A stretch of DNA of 64,000 nt from Mobula hypostoma (taxonomy: Eukaryota): contig NC_086097.1 in the NCBI RefSeq assembly GCF_963921235.1, forward strand, positions 254,822,001-254,886,000. The letters are read 5' to 3'. The position numbers were made by a program, and so were the translations under genes. Within the stretch, counting starts at the first letter, position 1; each line of letters opens with the position of its first letter. Below the pieces are notes generated by a model, which made no database searches, had not been told where the DNA came from, and saw only the letters and a list, made by a program, of their open reading frames with translations. Shown piece by piece: positions 62,437 through 64,000 of this stretch.

Positions 62437-64000
62437 TCAACTCACATCTAAGTTGCTGGTGAACGCAGCATGCAAGGCAGCATCTCCAGGAAGAGGAACA
62501 GTCGACGTTTCAGGCCGAGACCCTCCGTCAGGACTATCTGAAGGAAGAGTTAGCAAGAGATTTGAAAGTGGGAGGGGGAGGGGGAGATCCAAAATGATAG
62601 GAGAAGACAGGAGGGGGAGGGATGTAGCCAAGAGCTGCACAGTTGATTGGCCAAAGGGATATGAAAGGATCATGGAATAGGAGGCCCAGGGAGAAGAAAA
62701 GGCGTGTGTGGCGGCGGGGGCGGGGGGAACCGAGAGGATGGGCAAGGGGTATAGTCAGAGGGACAGAGCGAGAAAAAGGAGAGCGATAGAAAGGATGTGT
62801 GTATAAAAATAAATAACGGATGGGGTACGAGGGGGAGGTGGGGCATTAGCGGAAGTTAGAGAAGTCAATGTTCATGCCATCAGATTGGAGGCTACCCAGA
62901 CGGAATATAAGGTGTTGTTCCTCCAACCTGAGTGGGGCTTCATCTTTACATTAGACGAGTCCGTGGATAGACATATCAGAATGGGAATGGGATGTGGAAT
63001 TAAAATGTGTGGCCACTGGGAGATCCTGCTTTCTCTGGCGGACGGAGCATTGGTGTTCAGAAAAACGGTCTCCCAGTCAGCGTCAGGTCTCGCCAGTATA
63101 TAGAAGGCCACATCGGGAGCACCGGACGCAGCATATCACCCCAGCCGACTCACATGTGAAGTGACGACTCACCTGGAAGGACTGTCTGAGGCCCTGTATG
63201 GTGGTACGGGAGGAAGTGTAAGGGTATGTGTATCACTTGTTCCGCTGACAAGGATAAGTGCCAGGAAGGAGATCAGTGGGGAGGGATGGGGCGGGCGGGG
63301 GGGGCGGGGCGGTACGACGAATGGACAAGGGAGTCGCGTAGGGAGCGATCCCTGCCCAAAGCAGAGAGAGAGAGTGGGTGAGGGAAAGATGTGCTTAGTG
63401 GTGGGATCCCGTTGGAGGTGGCGGAAGTTACGGAGAATAATATGTTCGACCTAGAGGCTGCTGGGGTGGTGGGTGAGGACCAGAGGACTAATTCCGTTAG
63501 AAGGATCAGAGTGGTGGTAGAGGGGAACTGATTAGGTCTGGAATCCAAAAAGTAGCGGAGAGCTTTGAGACCTTACTGATGGGGGATGGAAGTATATAGG
63601 GACTGGAAATCCATGGTGAAAATAAAGCGGTGGGGGCCAGGGAACTTAAAATCATCGAACAGTTTAAGAGCGTGAGAAGTGTCACGAACATAGGTAGGAA
63701 GGGATTGAACAAGGGGGGATAACACCGTGTCGAGGTACGCAGAAACAAGTTCGGTGGGGCAGGAGCAAGCTGAGACAATAGGTCCACCAGGACAGACAGG
63801 TTTGTGGATCTTGGGTAGGAGGTAGAAATGGGAAGTGCAAGCTGTGGGAACTATAAGGTTGGTAGCAGTGGATGGGAGATCCCCTGAGCGGATAAAATCG
63901 GTGATAGTGTGGGAGACAATGGCCTGGTGCTCCTTAGTGGGGTCACGATCGAGGGTAAATAAGAGGAGGTATCCGCGAGTTGTCGCTGTGCCTCGGTAAG
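62437..64000 (-). mobile_element. Penelope-like element, paralogue of 38590-43094 without the nested CR1; runs off the window
   Basis: Same insertion site after CAATACCG, GIY-YIG remnant, same RT deletion junction near 63480. Confidence 0.88.

Larger units (their letters stand above)
23691..64000 (+). repeat. Tandem tRNA-Ala/tRNA-Tyr gene array, basic unit ~2.7 kb, expanded by insertions
   Basis: The same spacer sequences recur with each gene pair; uninterrupted period is 2723 bp from Ala 34765 to Ala 37488. Confidence 0.95.

Overview
Repeat-rich vertebrate DNA with no recognisable host protein-coding gene. The CR1, Rex1/Babar, Penelope and Nimb repertoire suggests a cartilaginous fish, probably a ray (inference). 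Bases 1-23.7 kb are a nested transposon graveyard: CR1 and Rex1/Babar LINE fragments, a tRNA-derived SINE with a target-site duplication (TSD), a solo LTR split by an RNase H-bearing I/Nimb LINE, and a Tc1 remnant. From about 23.7 kb to the end lies a tandem array of a ~2.7 kb unit carrying tRNA-Ala(AGC), an intron-containing tRNA-Tyr(GTA) and an antisense retroposon. There are six Ala and six Tyr genes, plus one unit with both genes deleted. The spacers are invaded by CR1, Penelope, Rex1/Babar and LTR insertions. Several insertions are shared between units, which reveals higher-order duplication and recombination, and several independent events cluster about 410-570 bp upstream of tRNA-Ala. 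The Penelope termini carry minimal hammerhead ribozyme motifs, two of them intact and lying antisense between the tRNA genes. Coordinates were read by eye. tRNA and TSD-bounded boundaries are precise; boundaries of degenerate fragments are approximate.
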